Source: Octopus bimaculoides
Taxonomy: Eukaryota
Direction: 5' to 3'
Assembly: GCF_001194135.2 (NCBI RefSeq)
Contig: NC_068984.1
Span: forward strand, 147,571,543 to 147,635,542
Length of the DNA: 64,000 bases
In this document: positions 12,845 to 25,727 of the stretch, one piece after another
Numbering within the stretch: position 1 is the first letter of the stretch
Layout of the letters: each line of letters starts with the position of its first letter
Position numbers and translations under genes: made by a program
Notes under the pieces: generated by a model
What the model was told of the DNA's origin: nothing
The model's database searches: none
What the model saw: the letters and a program-made list of their open reading frames with translations, nothing else

Positions 12845-14854
12845 TGCGTGCGTGTGTGTGTGTTGCTCAGCAGTTTTTAGCATACAATCAAAGAAGAAAA
12901 TGATTTGCTTGACGCAACACAAAGGTTCTGATTTATGATAGGGTCCAAGTTCAAATCCAGCTGAACATTTTCAATATTGAATGCAATCACGACTCTTCCC
13001 AAACGTATGGTTTCAGGTTCAGTCTCACTGTGTGNNNNNNNNNNNNNNNNNNNNNNNNNNNNNNNNNNNNNNNNNNNNNNNNNNNNNNNNNNNNNNNNNN
13101 NNNNNNNNNNNNNNNNNNNNNNNNNNNNNNNNNNNNNNNNNNNNNNNNNNNNNNNNNNNNNNNNNNNNNNNNNNNNNNNNNNNNNNNNNNNNNNNNNNNN
13201 NNNNNNNNNNNNNNNNNNNNNNNNNNNNNNNNNNNNNNNNNNNNNNNNNNNNNNNNNNNNNNNNNNNNNNNNNNNNNNNNNNNNNNNNNNNNNNNNNNNA
13301 ACACAGAAATGGAATAATTCAGGTGTGAAAGGTGATTTATGATTGTCAAGTGAAAAAAATGGCATCTTCACAAATAAATACATTCATTGCTTATATGGTG
13401 ATGGTGATGGTAAGTGGTGGTGATGGTGAGGGTAAGTGGTGGTGGTGTAGTAGAAGCAATAATAGCAGCACTAGTGTAGTTAGTGGTGACTTGTAACTTG
13501 TGCACTTTCTCTGCCTGTCATAGGAATGAATGTACAAGCTTGGCTGGGTGGTTAAGAAGTTTGCTTGCCAACCACATGGTTTCGAGTTCAATTTCACTGC
13601 ATCACATATAGCTTCTAGTGAAGTCTCGGATTAACCACTGTGGTTTTACCTGAGAAATTTGCTACACAGAAACTGTACTGAAACCTGTGTGTGTATCTTC
13701 ACATTGACCCTGCTTGGGCAGCAGTGATGGGCTTATGACCCCACCACCACCGCCACCATCACCACACACTTAAATAAACAATAGGTTTGCTAATTTGATG
13801 GTTCACTGGCGAGAAGACATGGAATAAAGTACCTTGGCCCCATCCACCTCTAGCTATTCCATTATACTTCCACCCCTAGCTATGCCCTAAACAAGGGGAG
13901 GGGACATGTTCATTCACACATCTCTAGACACACTTTGTTTCCACCAACTTCTGCTTTTCCTAGTATTTAGTACCTTTTTTGGGCAACTTTTTGTAGTTGT
14001 CACTTTTGGCTGGTGTTCTTGGGTGACAAGAACAGAATGACAGGTTGTGTGGTGACAGGGTGGGGAAGGTTGAGAAAAGGAATTATGTTGTGGTGGTCGT
14101 GGTGGGATTTTTGTAGTGTGAACTTATGTGATGATGGTGATAGTAATGGTGGTAATAAGTAATAATGGTGTTGAGGATAATGATGGTAGGTGGTTGCTGT
14201 CTGCTGTTGTTGGGGAATGGTGAGTGATCTGTTGATGATTGAATGGAGATGGGAACAGCGGTGAGAAAAGTTTGTTTTCTTTCTTTCTTTCTTTTTAGTA
14301 ATCTACCCCTCTTCTGGGTGTCCCGTTGTTAGTGTTGGTGTTGAGGGGTCATAGCAATTCAAATAATGCTTGTTGGAGTAATGGAAGAGGTTGATTTAAG
14401 GTGCAGTTGCCCTAAAGGTAATGATTATGTTAGAGAGAAGGAGGGAGAGAAAAAGCAATTAAGTAACCTTCCTCATTTACTACATGAGTGGGGGACTGGA
14501 GTGGGGCTGGCCTAGAAAAGAAAGTAGGATTATCAGCCTGTAGCTGCAACAACACTAGTGTGTGTGTGTGTGTGTGTGTGTTGCTTGAGTACCACACAAA
14601 CCAACTAATCAGGAGCTTAGTGTCCTGGACTTGGTGTAAGGGGTCAGAGAAGTTTTGTGATAGTTTTGGTAGAGTTTTGAGTTTGTTTTCATGTCACATA
14701 TACATGGGTACTTGTGTTAGTCACAGTCACAAAAAGCCATTGGTGGCTGTTGTGACACAGGACAGCAGTTGTACTGTAGGTGGTGGTGGTGGTGGTGGTG
14801 GTGGTGATGATGACAGTAGAGTTATTACAGGTAAAAGTGCTGTTTGTGTATCAG

Positions 14855-15097
14855 ATTGCAATGAGGGCACTGAGACTACTTACTACGAGACTATCAACAA
14901 CTACCAGGAAAGCCACCACTACGTAAACAATTACCCCAACTACGATACTATCAAGGACCACTACTATGACAATAGCAAGAGCAGGACTTCTATCAGTGAC
15001 GACGAGTATGACCTCTCCATTGATAAAATCTCACAACAAAAAGTGGGAATAGAAAAAGAGGAGGAGGAAGAGGAGGACAGCGATTATGCAGAAGTAG
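14855..15097 (+). CDS. CAP1: Putative alternative N-terminal exon of CAP: (D)CNEGTETTYYETINNYQESHHYVNNYPNYDTIKDHYYDNSKSRTSISDDEYDLSIDKISQQKVGIEKEEEEEEDSDYAEV
   Basis: Acceptor tgtttgtgtatcag|AT and donor GTAG|GTAGGT. The exon is 243 nt, phase 1-1, with coding-like codon usage (TAC/AAC/GAC). It joins in frame to both 12444 and 23129. Confidence 0.65.
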
Positions 15098-15229
15098 GTA
15101 GGTGTTAACACACTCTCTCTCCCATTGACCAACTTAACATCCGTAGCCCTCATCCTCTCTGCTCCAGAGATTCTGCTTACATGTAAATGTTGACTTCTTT
15201 GCAAGATTCACAATTTATAGTATTATCCA

Positions 15230-15262
<33 letters not shown>

Positions 15263-15757
15263 TTAACTGCATATGTATGTATGGAAGTGTCGAGAAGAAT
15301 AATGTATGTGTCTGTGTGTGAGTATGTAGGGATGTCTATGTTTGTGTTAATGATAAAGGTGTTTGTGGATCAACTTCTTTCTGTATATGTATGCTTACAC
15401 ACACACACACACNNNNNNNNNNNNNNNNNNNNNNNNNNNNNNNNNNNNNNNNNNNNNNNNNNNNNNNNNNNNNNNNNNNNNNNNNNNNNNNNNNNNNNNN
15501 NNNNNNNNNNNNNNNNNNNNNNNNNNNNNNNNNNNNNNNNNNNNNNNNNNNNNNNNNNNNNNNNNNNNNNNNNNNNNNNNNNNNNNNNNNNNNNNNNNNN
15601 NNNNNNNNNNNNNNNNNNNNNNNNNNNNNNNNNNNNNNNNNNNNNNNNNNNNNNNNNNNNNNNNNNNNNNNNNNNNNNNNNNNNNNNNNNNNNNNNNNNN
15701 NNNNNNNNNNNNNNNNNNNNNNNNNNNNNNNNNNNNNNNNNNNNNNNNNNNNNNNNN

Positions 15758-15799
<42 letters not shown>

Positions 15800-17119
15800 C
15801 ATATGCATGTGTATGTATATGCATATGTGTATGTATATATATGTTCAATATGTTCAAGGTGATGCTCCAGCATGGCTGTAGTATAATGCATGAAACAAGT
15901 AAAAGATCAAATGTCTGTGTGTGTGTATGTATATACACAGGCATATATCTACTAGTCGTATGCGTGTGTGTGTGTGTGCATCTCTTCGTTTCTTAGCTCA
16001 AACCTTTCTCCTGACATCACCTGTTGTCTTTCAACAACCTGTACCTGTCTGAATCGTTGTTCTCTACACATTCCTGGAATACTAATCATGTGTTGTGCGT
16101 GACTCACACCAACTAAACTAGCTTAGTCTCTACTGTTGGAGCTATTTGGCTCTTCTGAAAACCGGAGGTAATTTAGTCATGATGCAGTCGCAACAGTATT
16201 TAGCAAAATAACTTCTGCTTTTATACTTTCCAACCTATACTCAGTTGCCTTTCTCTCTCTCATGCCAGTATACTTCTTTCCTCCCAGTACTCTCTCTTCT
16301 CTCTCTCTCTCTCTCTCTCTCCTTGTCAAAGACACAATGTAATATGTACATTCTACCACAAACAGTGATACAAGGGATGTATTATATAATCAGTTACTTT
16401 GCTCAGCAGCCTGAATTTCCTAAAACAAATGACCATTTTCTTTAAGAGGCCACTAGTTTTCCAACCCTTAATTGTAACATAGCTTGTCCCATAAATAAAA
16501 TGGAGGCAAAAAAAAAAAAACACAGAAATCTGTTAAACTTTCCACCCAAAGAAAATTATGACAAAGCATCATGTATTGTAGCACCACATGAAACTGAATG
16601 AAAGACTCTGCCTCTCCCTCACCCAATCTCCTATTCTCTCTTTTTTGACATTTCTGATTATTAGTACAATTGTCGTCAAAGTCCCTTAGAAACCCATTGC
16701 TATTTTTAAATTAGTGATATTGTTTTAAATGCCTAAATAATTACAGTATGCTCCACCATAAAGTCAAAATAATGATGATGATGATCATCATCATCATCTT
16801 AATGCCCATTTTTCCATACTTGCACAAGTCAGAGTTTAATGAGGAAAGTTCTCTATGGCTGGATGCCCTTCTTGTTGCCAACCTTCACCCGTTACCAAAC
16901 AAGGTAATATTTCCCCATGGCCAGTTGTGTGTGTGACTGATTTGTCTTAGCATCACAAGATTGTTGTAAATGAATGCCATTCATTTCCAATATTCTGTGA
17001 AAGAGATTATTCTCCAGTTCTGCTGTCGGTTACACTGTATAACAAATTGACCATATTATCACAACCTTTGGACTGTCAAAAGCTGTTTATGTATTATTTC
17101 TGCATCATCTTTTTCACTG

Positions 17120-17460
17120 CACGGTGTCTTGGACAAGTGTCTTCTGCTTTAGCCCCAAGCGAATCAAATCTGTGTGAGTGGATTTGATAGATTGAAGCTA
17201 AAAGAACCCAGTCTTGTGTGTGTTACTACCTCCTTGCCTTCACTTCACATGATAGCTGTAAATGAGTGTCACCATCATACAAGCTGTTCATTTCCAATCT
17301 TCCATGAATACCTGTCTGATCATGGGGAAATGCTACCTGATTTGGAAACTGATGAGATTTAAAATGCAGGGCAACTGGCCATAGACAATCTTTCTCAATA
17401 AATTCTGTCTGACCCATGCAAACATGGAAAATTGGGCAATATAAAGATGATGATGATGAT
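17120..17460 (+). mobile_element. SINE copy (same family)
   Basis: GGACAAGTGTCTTCT...GTGAGTGGATTTG...tail (GAT)n. Confidence 0.7.
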
Positions 17461-17535
17461 TGCAATGATGGACTTTAATCAATGGGTATGACTCCAGCTG
17501 GTTCTGCCACATATCGTAGTTTCAATTCTTTGGAA

Positions 17536-17636
17536 TCTGATAATCTGATAATCTGATAATCAATAACCTATTGCTGAGCAAATATTGATATTGCTGAGCA
17601 AATATTGATATTGCTGAGCAAATATTGATATTGCTG
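17536..17636. repeat. Compound tandem repeat: (TCTGATAA)x3 followed by (TATTGCTGAGCAAATATTGA)x3
   Basis: Directly visible exact repeats. Confidence 0.95.
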
Positions 17637-18359
17637 CTATTTTGTTGTTTTGTGTTTGTTTTAGATAAAAAGGGAATAAATTTGCGCTTGTTAAAAGATG
17701 TCTTAAATGCTGCAATTTTAATTGCTTTACTTTTTGCCAAATGCCCCAACATAGTTTTGGATCTTATCCAACATTTTCTATTTGTATTACTACATTTATT
17801 AGGTTATAAGTTCCCAAACGCTCAAGAGTACATGCGCACACACACACACACACACACACTATATTTATATCTACATCTTTTAATCTTCAATCATCATAAT
17901 AGTAAGATTAGAAGAAAATTGTTCACTAATTGGTGAATGGCATTTTGAAATTACAATTGTTCTTACTGGGTCTTAAATTGAATGAATGAAGCTCCCTTTT
18001 TTTTATTTGGTTATGAAAGTCAACTGATAGCACCTTGGGCAAGTATCTTCTGTAGTCTTGGGCTGACCAATACCTGTAAGTGAATTTGGTAGATGGAAAC
18101 TGTGTGGAAGCCTATCATGCACACACACACACACAAGTATGTGTGTGTTTGACCCTCACCCACCACTGTTTGACAACCGTTGTTGGTTTGTTTACATTCT
18201 CGTAACTTAGTGGTTGAGCAATAGAAATTGATAGCATAAATACTGCCCTTTAAAAATAAATTACTGTTCGTGATTTGTCTGATTAAAACCTTCAAGGCAG
18301 TGCCCCAGCATGGCTGCAATCTAATGACTGAAACAAGTAAAAGAAAAGATAAACAAAAT

Positions 18360-18415
<56 letters not shown>

Positions 18416-19401
18416 TTAAATTTAAATGTTTTATAAGTTTGTATTCCTTGGTGGGGATGGGGCCAGTCTTCTTTCGAGAAGCAAGAAAAGTTTTACTTCA
18501 TACTTAGTCGAAGGGAACAAGAAAANNNNNNNNNNNNNNNNNNNNNNNNNNNNNNNNNNNNNNNNNNNNNNNNNNNNNNNNNNNNNNNNNNNNNNNNNNN
18601 NNNNNNNNNNNNNNNNNNNNNNNNNNNNNNNNNNNNNNNNNNNNNNNNNNNNNNNNNNNNNNNNNNNNNNNNNNNNNNNNNNNNNNNNNNNNNNNNNNNN
18701 NNNNNNNNNNNNNNNNNNNNNNNNNNNNNNNNNNNNNNNNNNNNNNNNNNNNNNNNNNNNNNNNNNNNNNNNNNNNNNNNNNNNNNNNNNNNNNNNNNNN
18801 NNNNNNNNNNNNNNNNNNNNNNNNNNNNNNNNNNNNNNNNNNNNNNNNNNNNNNNNNNNNNNNNNNNNNNNNNNNNNNNNNNNNNNNNNNNNNNNNNNNN
18901 NNNNNNNNNNNNNNNNNNNNNNNNNNNNNNNNNNNNNNNNNNNNNNNNNNNNNNNNNNNNNNNNNNNNNNNNNNNNNNNNNNNNNNNNNNNNNNNNNNNN
19001 NNNNNNNNNNNNNNNNNNNNNNNNNNNNNNNNNNNNNNNNNNNNNNNNNNNNNNNNNNNNNNNNNNNNNNNNNNNNNNNNNNNNNNNNNNNNNNNNNNNN
19101 NNNNNNNNNNNNNNNNNNNNNNNNNNNNNNNNNNNNNNNNNNNNNNNNNNNNNNNNNNNNNNNNNNNNNNNNNNNNNNNNNNNNNNNNNNNNNNNNNNNN
19201 NNNNNNNNNNNNNNNNNNNNNNNNNNNNNNNNNNNNNNNNNNNNNNNNNNNNNNNNNNNNNNTTTTTTTTTCACCTTTACACCTCTCCTCCCTTATTTTA
19301 CTTGTCAAAACTAAGATTAGAAACTTGCTGAAAATTTGGACTGGTGAATCTTCTCAAATAACTCCCTCCATGTTATTTTTTTAATTTTGTGTGCATATAT
19401 A

Positions 19402-19435
<34 letters not shown>

Positions 19436-20649
19436 ATGGTGTATTAAATGTGTTCCACAAGGCAGCAGTTAAATACTAGAAAACCTGACATACTTATGGG
19501 ACATGCGAAATTGAAATATAAACATATACATGCTCTTTCTCTCTCTCTCTCACCCCCACCCCTTCTCTCTCCAATTTTGTGTTGGTTTTCTGCACCAATC
19601 ACAGGTATTGCTGTGAAAAAATAGGGGTTTGTAGATGTAATGGCATGCGTCATTGAAACTGAATTAACAGAAGACTCTTGAAGGTGGAGCAATCTCGGTT
19701 GTTGTTGGGGAGGAGCATCTTAACTGAGGAGTTAGAGAAGATAATGGTAAAAAGATTATTCTGTGTAGCAGCTGCAGAGGTGGTGGTGGTGGTGCAGTGT
19801 TGCTATGTTTGCTATCTGTTCCCCTATCATCCCTTTATTTTCCCAACTCCAGATGCAAAACTGCTTCACAAGGTGGTGCTGCTGCTGCTGCTATAACCTG
19901 AGGTGATAAGTTTAGTTATAGGGTCCCAAGTTTGCATTGATTTGGCAGAGTTGTTTCTGGTCAAAGGCTGAAACACTTTTGCTGATCGTTCAATATATTG
20001 ATAGGCCCAGGCATGGCTATTGTAGTTTAGAAGCTCACTTTGCAACCATCTGGTTTTCGGGCCAGTCCCACTGGGCAAATGTCTTCTATAGATACCTCAG
20101 GCCAACTTTTGAGTGAATTTGCTTAGACAGAAACTGAAAGAAGTCCACTGTGTGTGTGTGTGTGTGTGTGTGTGTTCTCACCCACTCTCACTGCTTCACA
20201 ACCAGTTTTTGTTTGTTTACATTCCTGTAACTTAGCAATTTGGAAAAAAGAGACCAATAGAATAAGTACCAGGCTTTAGAAGTACAAAGGTTAATTTGTT
20301 TGACTAAAAACCAGTGAATGTTGTGCCCACAGTCCAGTGACTGAAATAAATAAAAGAAACAGACAATATTCTCTTAATTTGTAGTAGTGTATGTTTTAAG
20401 TCACTGCAAAGTGGATCCCTTGTTGAGGCTCCCTTCTTGATTAATTCTAATTTTGACATAAGACCAACAATTTTTAGGGGTTTCAGTTAGTTGATTTCTT
20501 TGGCTCCATTACTTCACTGGTCCTTTGTTTTATCTGATCAACCCCAGTACTTGATTGCTATGATATTTTATTGACTCCAAAAGAATGTAAGGCAAAGTTG
20601 GCCTCCATGGGACTTAAACTCAGTGTATAATCTTTGGTAGCAGGCACCA

Positions 20650-20890
20650 AGGCCACTCACTGTTCCATTATAAGGACACTCTATAAAGACTTAGAAGATA
20701 AATCTGAAGACACAGGAATCAGAAGCACTAAAGCCATCTCTGACTTTGAGGCAGCCAAGATGTACACCCTAAAAAAAGAAAAGGACCCACCACAGAGCCA
20801 AGCCCAGATGACAGAGATGACTATTGCAATGTCAGCCACTGAATTTGCAAATCCTGGATAAGTTTGAACTCCCACATGAGAGACAACATG
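20650..20890 (+). mobile_element. Degenerate RTE-like LINE extreme C-terminus (zinc-finger remnant)
   Basis: ICKSWISLNSHMR near 20840-20880 resembles CxSRIGLxSHxR. Confidence 0.45.
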
Positions 20891-21679
20891 ATCAAACAGT
20901 GAACTAAGGACACTATTCACATGTGTCTTGTTGTTGAACCCTCATTCATTGCATGTGACAAGAGAATCCAATATAATGGGTGACCTTATCAGCAATTTCT
21001 TTACAATATTTCATACATTTAAAATCGATCAGCCTGTTGTCTAGAATATTTTACAATGTAGATCAGGTCAGGTATTTGGAATGCACTGTTGCTGCATCCA
21101 TCATTTGTCAGCAATTCCTGGTGGATGATGTGTCTGCACCACTCAGGTAACAACCCTCTGACCCATGAATCTGTCTGGGGTAGTTGGTGATTTGTTTTAC
21201 CATGTCACAGTACAAGTCCTATCCCAATCTCTTTTAATCACCTTTTGACATTCAGAGGAAATGTCAAATCTATTGTTTGGCATGCCATTCAGTACATTAC
21301 ATTCAGGATATGACATGCCATTCAGTACATTACAAAATGTAGTTTTGGATAGAATGTGATCCTCAACTTTCCAACCTTAAATAAATCATTAATATACGTA
21401 GCTCTTTGTTGTTCCCCTCATTTTCACCTTTTGATGGTTTCTACTAAACTTCTCACATTCACACAAGTAGGAATGGTATTGTTTATCCAAACTTAGATTT
21501 CCTCATCAGTAATTATTCTGTGAAGCTGTGAAGACGACAAAGATGTCAAAAGTCTGTATGATGTCATCAGCCTTACTTAATGGAAGATGATGAAAAAATT
21601 TTAATCATTGTTTAATATTATATTTTTCTAGTTTACATCATTAATTCTTTATACATTAATCACCACACCCTTATTATCT

Positions 21680-22050
21680 AGGTGTGTAGTTAAGAACCTT
21701 GCTTCCCAGCCATGCGGTCTCCAGTTCAGTCCTACTGTTAGGCACCTTGGGCAAGCATCTTCTACAACTCTGGGCTAATCAATACCTCTGTGAGTAGATT
21801 TGGGAGATAAAAACTGAAAGTCTATTGCGTGTGTGTATACCCTTTTCTTGTGATGAGTGTTCATTGTTTTTTTTTTTCCATCTTCCCTGAAAACCATGTC
21901 TGGTTATGAGAAAATATCCCCTTGCTTGAAAATAGTTATGGTTTGGTGACAGGAAGGGCATCCAGCTGTAGGAAATCTGTCATAACAAATTCCATCAGAG
22001 CCATGCAAACATTGAAAAGTAGATGTTAATGCAATGATGATAGTGGTGAT
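21680..22050 (+). mobile_element. SINE copy (same family)
   Basis: Head, body and tail all recognisable. Confidence 0.75.
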
Positions 22051-23128
22051 ATTTATAGTTTAAACTTTTAAGACTCTTATAAACTGATGATGTTAATTCC
22101 TGCTTAATTGTGATAGTTTGTAGTTGGGTTTTCTTTCTTTTTTTTCTTTTTTTTTTGCCTTCAGGGAAGAACTTGAAAGAACAAACTTCTCACTTTGCTC
22201 TGTCACAACTTAAAACGCCTTGTGTATTTGTGTGTGTATTGAAAGGATTATGGAAGTAGTGAGATTAGCATGGAATTAATACAGTGTGCAAGTGTATGTG
22301 TAAGACTTACACCAAGCTGGACCACTGCTGGCTAGATTATATATTACATTTGTTTATCTAATCTTACTTCACCGATACTACTAACAAGAATTTGTTAATT
22401 ACTGCTTGACTAATGATTCTAGCTAGTATTTAATCATCCTTCTGACACAACAATTATTGTTATTATTGTTGTTGTTTTACTTCTCAGAGCATTTGGTCTC
22501 GTTTGCTCTGGCTGATTTTGTGAGAGCAGACAGCAGCCTGCTGTCAGAGATCTCCCACGGTCTCTTTCTGCACATTATAAGCTTTGATAATTAGTTGTTA
22601 ATTAATGTGGAAGATATTCAACACCCAAGTACCAATCTCAAAATCCTAGCTGTCCCCAGCAGAGCAGTTTTTTAGGCTTGTGCTGCTCTCATGTCAATTG
22701 CGATTTCTCTGATATATTTCTTGAACTTGGTTGTTAGTGCTTTTCTCTGACATATTTCTCAAATTTGGTTGTCAGTGCTATTATTGTTATTGTTATTATT
22801 ATTAGTTTTTCGTCATCTTTCAGTTTTGTTTCCATTTCTGGCCGTATCTTCCCCAACACTTAGGGCAATAAAGCTCATTGTATACATTGATTGGCCATTT
22901 AAAGGCAAGTACCCCCTCCCTCATCGCCCTCTTTCGATCTATAGGCACATACTCAGAGCAGGCCCATTTGTCTGGACCATTCTTGCCACTCTCACCCATC
23001 TCTCAACAAGTTTGTTAGAAGGCACTATTTTCCTCTCCATCTTCCCTTTCCACTTCAAGTTGAAGCTGTCTGTCTTCAACCGTTTCTTTATTAATAATAA
23101 TCTTTTTTTTTTCTTCTTTTCATTGCAG

Positions 23129-23232
23129 AAGTACTTTCACCGTTTGTAGTGGCTTACGATGACATTATCAAGGGACCCGTGGCAACATTTATTGCCCTCT
23201 CTTCCAAGATTAATGGCAATGTGAAGATCCAG
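23129..23232 (+). CDS. CAP1: CAP exon: (E)VLSPFVVAYDDIIKGPVATFIALSSKINGNVKIQ, start of the helical-folded domain
   Basis: Long pyrimidine tract + ttgcag|, donor CAG|GTAAGT. Resembles the CAP segment [28 protein letters not shown]. Confidence 0.93.
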
Positions 23233-23854
23233 GTAAGTATTGGCAAACAAAATCCCACACTCACTCAGTCATTGGATCGAGTGAGGCCATACTGGGGCAC
23301 TACCTTATTTTATCCATCCATCTATTTTTCTCTGCCCACTGTTCTTGTTGAGTCCATAGCCACCACCTCCAACATTGAGGCCCACCAGAAGCAACCGTCA
23401 TTAACACTTTCCAGTTGCATTCCCAAACATGACAAATGAGACTATGGATGTTATCTAACCATTTTCTTTTTAGTCTACCCCCCTCCCCTAGGACTGCTGC
23501 TGTTGCTGGTAAGGCTCAGCATGAAGAACATTTCTTGCAATTCTTTCCTCTGGCATTCCCATGACCATAGTGCCAGAGCTGTAACTTCTCAGTGCCAAGA
23601 AGTAAGGCATTTCATTGTTTTATTCTTTTGCTTCAGTTTCATTATTGTGATGGTACAAAACCTGTGATGAGCAAAGAAAAAAGTATGCTGTTACATGTGT
23701 CATTGTCTTGTTCTATGATAATGTCCAACCTTCATACAGGTGTGGCCAACTTATTGAAAACTGTAATGGTTGGAGAGTGGGTGGTGATGCTGATAGAAGT
23801 AATAGCGGTGGTGGTGGTGGTGATAGTTGTTGCTGTTGTTACTAAAAGCAATGG

Positions 23855-24235
23855 CTATGACACAGGTGTGGCTGTGTGCTTAAGGAGTTTGCTTCCGAAT
23901 TAGAAGGCTCTGGGTTCAGTCCCATTGCATGGCACTTTAAGCAAATGCCTTCTCCTATAGCCTCGGGCTGACCAAAACCTTGTTATATATGTGTGTCTTT
24001 GTGTGTCCTCTTGTCTAGACATCACGTGATGGTTGTAAATGAGCATCCCTGTCATACAAGCAAGGTTATTTTGCTTCTGGTCTTCCATGAAAAATATATC
24101 TAGCTATGGTGAAATATTACTTTGCTTGACAATGGATAAGGGTCAGTGACAGGAAGGGCATCCAGCCATAGAAAAGTCTGCCTCAATAAATTCCATCTGA
24201 CCCATGCAAGCATGGAAAAGTGGACGTTAAATAAT
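23855..24235 (+). mobile_element. SINE copy (same family)
   Basis: CACAGGTGTGGCTGTGTG...GGGTTCAGTCCC...GGAAGGGCATCCAGCC...GTGGACGTTAAA. Confidence 0.82.
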
Positions 24236-24829
24236 GTTGACCAATATGGAATATAGTAATATACTCAGAAACACAAAAGACTCAGGATTTGCCCTGTGAA
24301 GAAGTCCTTCTCTACCTCACCCACTGTGCTATTTCATTTGTGTATAAATGCTAAAGTTACAAACATCAAAATAAAACCACTGTATTGTAAGCTTCCGTCT
24401 AGAAATTACCACTAACGAGATCGCCTAATTTTATTTCAATTAAAAACCAAATTAAATTAAACTAACGTTGAAATTGTGAGCAAGTGGAATAATTTTCAGA
24501 GCTTACTTATTTTTGTCATAAATTTCACTGGTTTACTGTTATTAATTATATTTAGACTTTCACCTGAGGTCAAGACAATTTAAAGAAAAATCTCGTTAAA
24601 TGTTACTGTTATCTTGAAACGCAATTACTATTTTATCAAAACTTTAACATCAGTCTATCAAGAAATTTAGAATAGAAACTAAATGTAATAAACTCAAACA
24701 TAATGGAAAAGGAAGGCATCGTAGGGGGCGATGCATACCCTGCACACAGATAAATTTTTTCGCAAATTATAAGCTTGAGAAAAATGAAGTCGGTATGCTT
24801 CACTGGATATGCAATATCAGTGTGCATGT

Positions 24830-25605
24830 TCAACAGAGTGTAAGCATCTTGAGAGAAAAGTTAGGCATAAGAGGTATTAGATGTGGTGTGCAGGAGAGAT
24901 GACTGCACTGGTACGGTCATGTGATGCATATAGACGAGGACGGTTGTGTAAAGAAGTGCTGATCTGTAACTGTGGAGGGGATCAGTGGCAGAGGTAGACC
25001 CAGGAAGACACAGGATAAGCTTTGAACCTCACAGAAGCAATGACTAGTGACTGAAACCTTTGGTGATGTACTCTGCTTAAGAGGAGTCATCGAGCCAGAG
25101 GCACCCGTGCTGGTGGCACATAAAAAAAAAAAATCAACCTTTGAATGCTGGGCCTCACGGAGGCAAAGTGGCTGAGTACCTTTCAAGTATTGGGCCTGAC
25201 AGAGGCAGTGTGACCGAGTTCCTTTTTTAGTTTGGGGCTTCATGGAGGCAAAGTGGCTGAGCTCCTTTCAAGTGTTGGGCCTCACAAAGGCAATGACCAT
25301 GACCTTTGACATTGTTGTGCTTGAGAAGAAGACCCATNNNNNNNNNNACAAAGGCAATGACCATGACCTTTGACATTGTTGTGCTTGAGAAGAAGACCCA
25401 TCAAGCCGAGCAAGATCACAGTCCTGGCAGATACCAGTGACACATAAAAGCACCCATTATGTTCTTGGCGTGGTTGGCGTTAGGAAGGGCATCCAGCTGT
25501 AGAAACTCTGCCAGATCAGACTGGAGCCTGGCGCAGCCTTCCAGCCCAGCCAGGCCCTCCAACGCATGCCAACAGAGACAACAGACATAAAATGATGATG
25601 ATGGA
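24830..25605 (+). mobile_element. RTE-type LINE 3' fragment with (GAT)n tail
   Basis: LREKLGIRGIRCGVQER*LHWYGHVM...GRGRPRKT followed by the common GGAAGGGCATCCAGCTGTAGAAAC tail. Confidence 0.82.
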
Positions 25606-25727
25606 TATATGGTAAGGTGCAGGTGGGGGGGCTTGAATCTAATATAGTTGTTGATTTATTTATTAATGGAAATTCCATGCATGAAGTAGCCTGTGTGTTG
25701 ATATGTTTTTTTTTTGTCTTCTTCCAG

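Noticed and set aside
20634-20861. 75-aa ORF between the alternative exons and the first conserved exon
   Set aside because: The phase-1 reading from the nearest AG hits a stop, and the downstream sequence matches a degenerate RTE C-terminal zinc finger.
22165-22230. Strong polypyrimidine acceptor (ttttgccttcag|GGAAG)
   Set aside because: No convincing donor or CAP-like peptide in any phase; it could be a non-coding or cryptic exon but is unsupported.
25270-25400. Near-identical sequence on both sides of a 10-N gap
   Set aside because: Most likely an unmerged contig overlap (assembly artefact) rather than a biological duplication.
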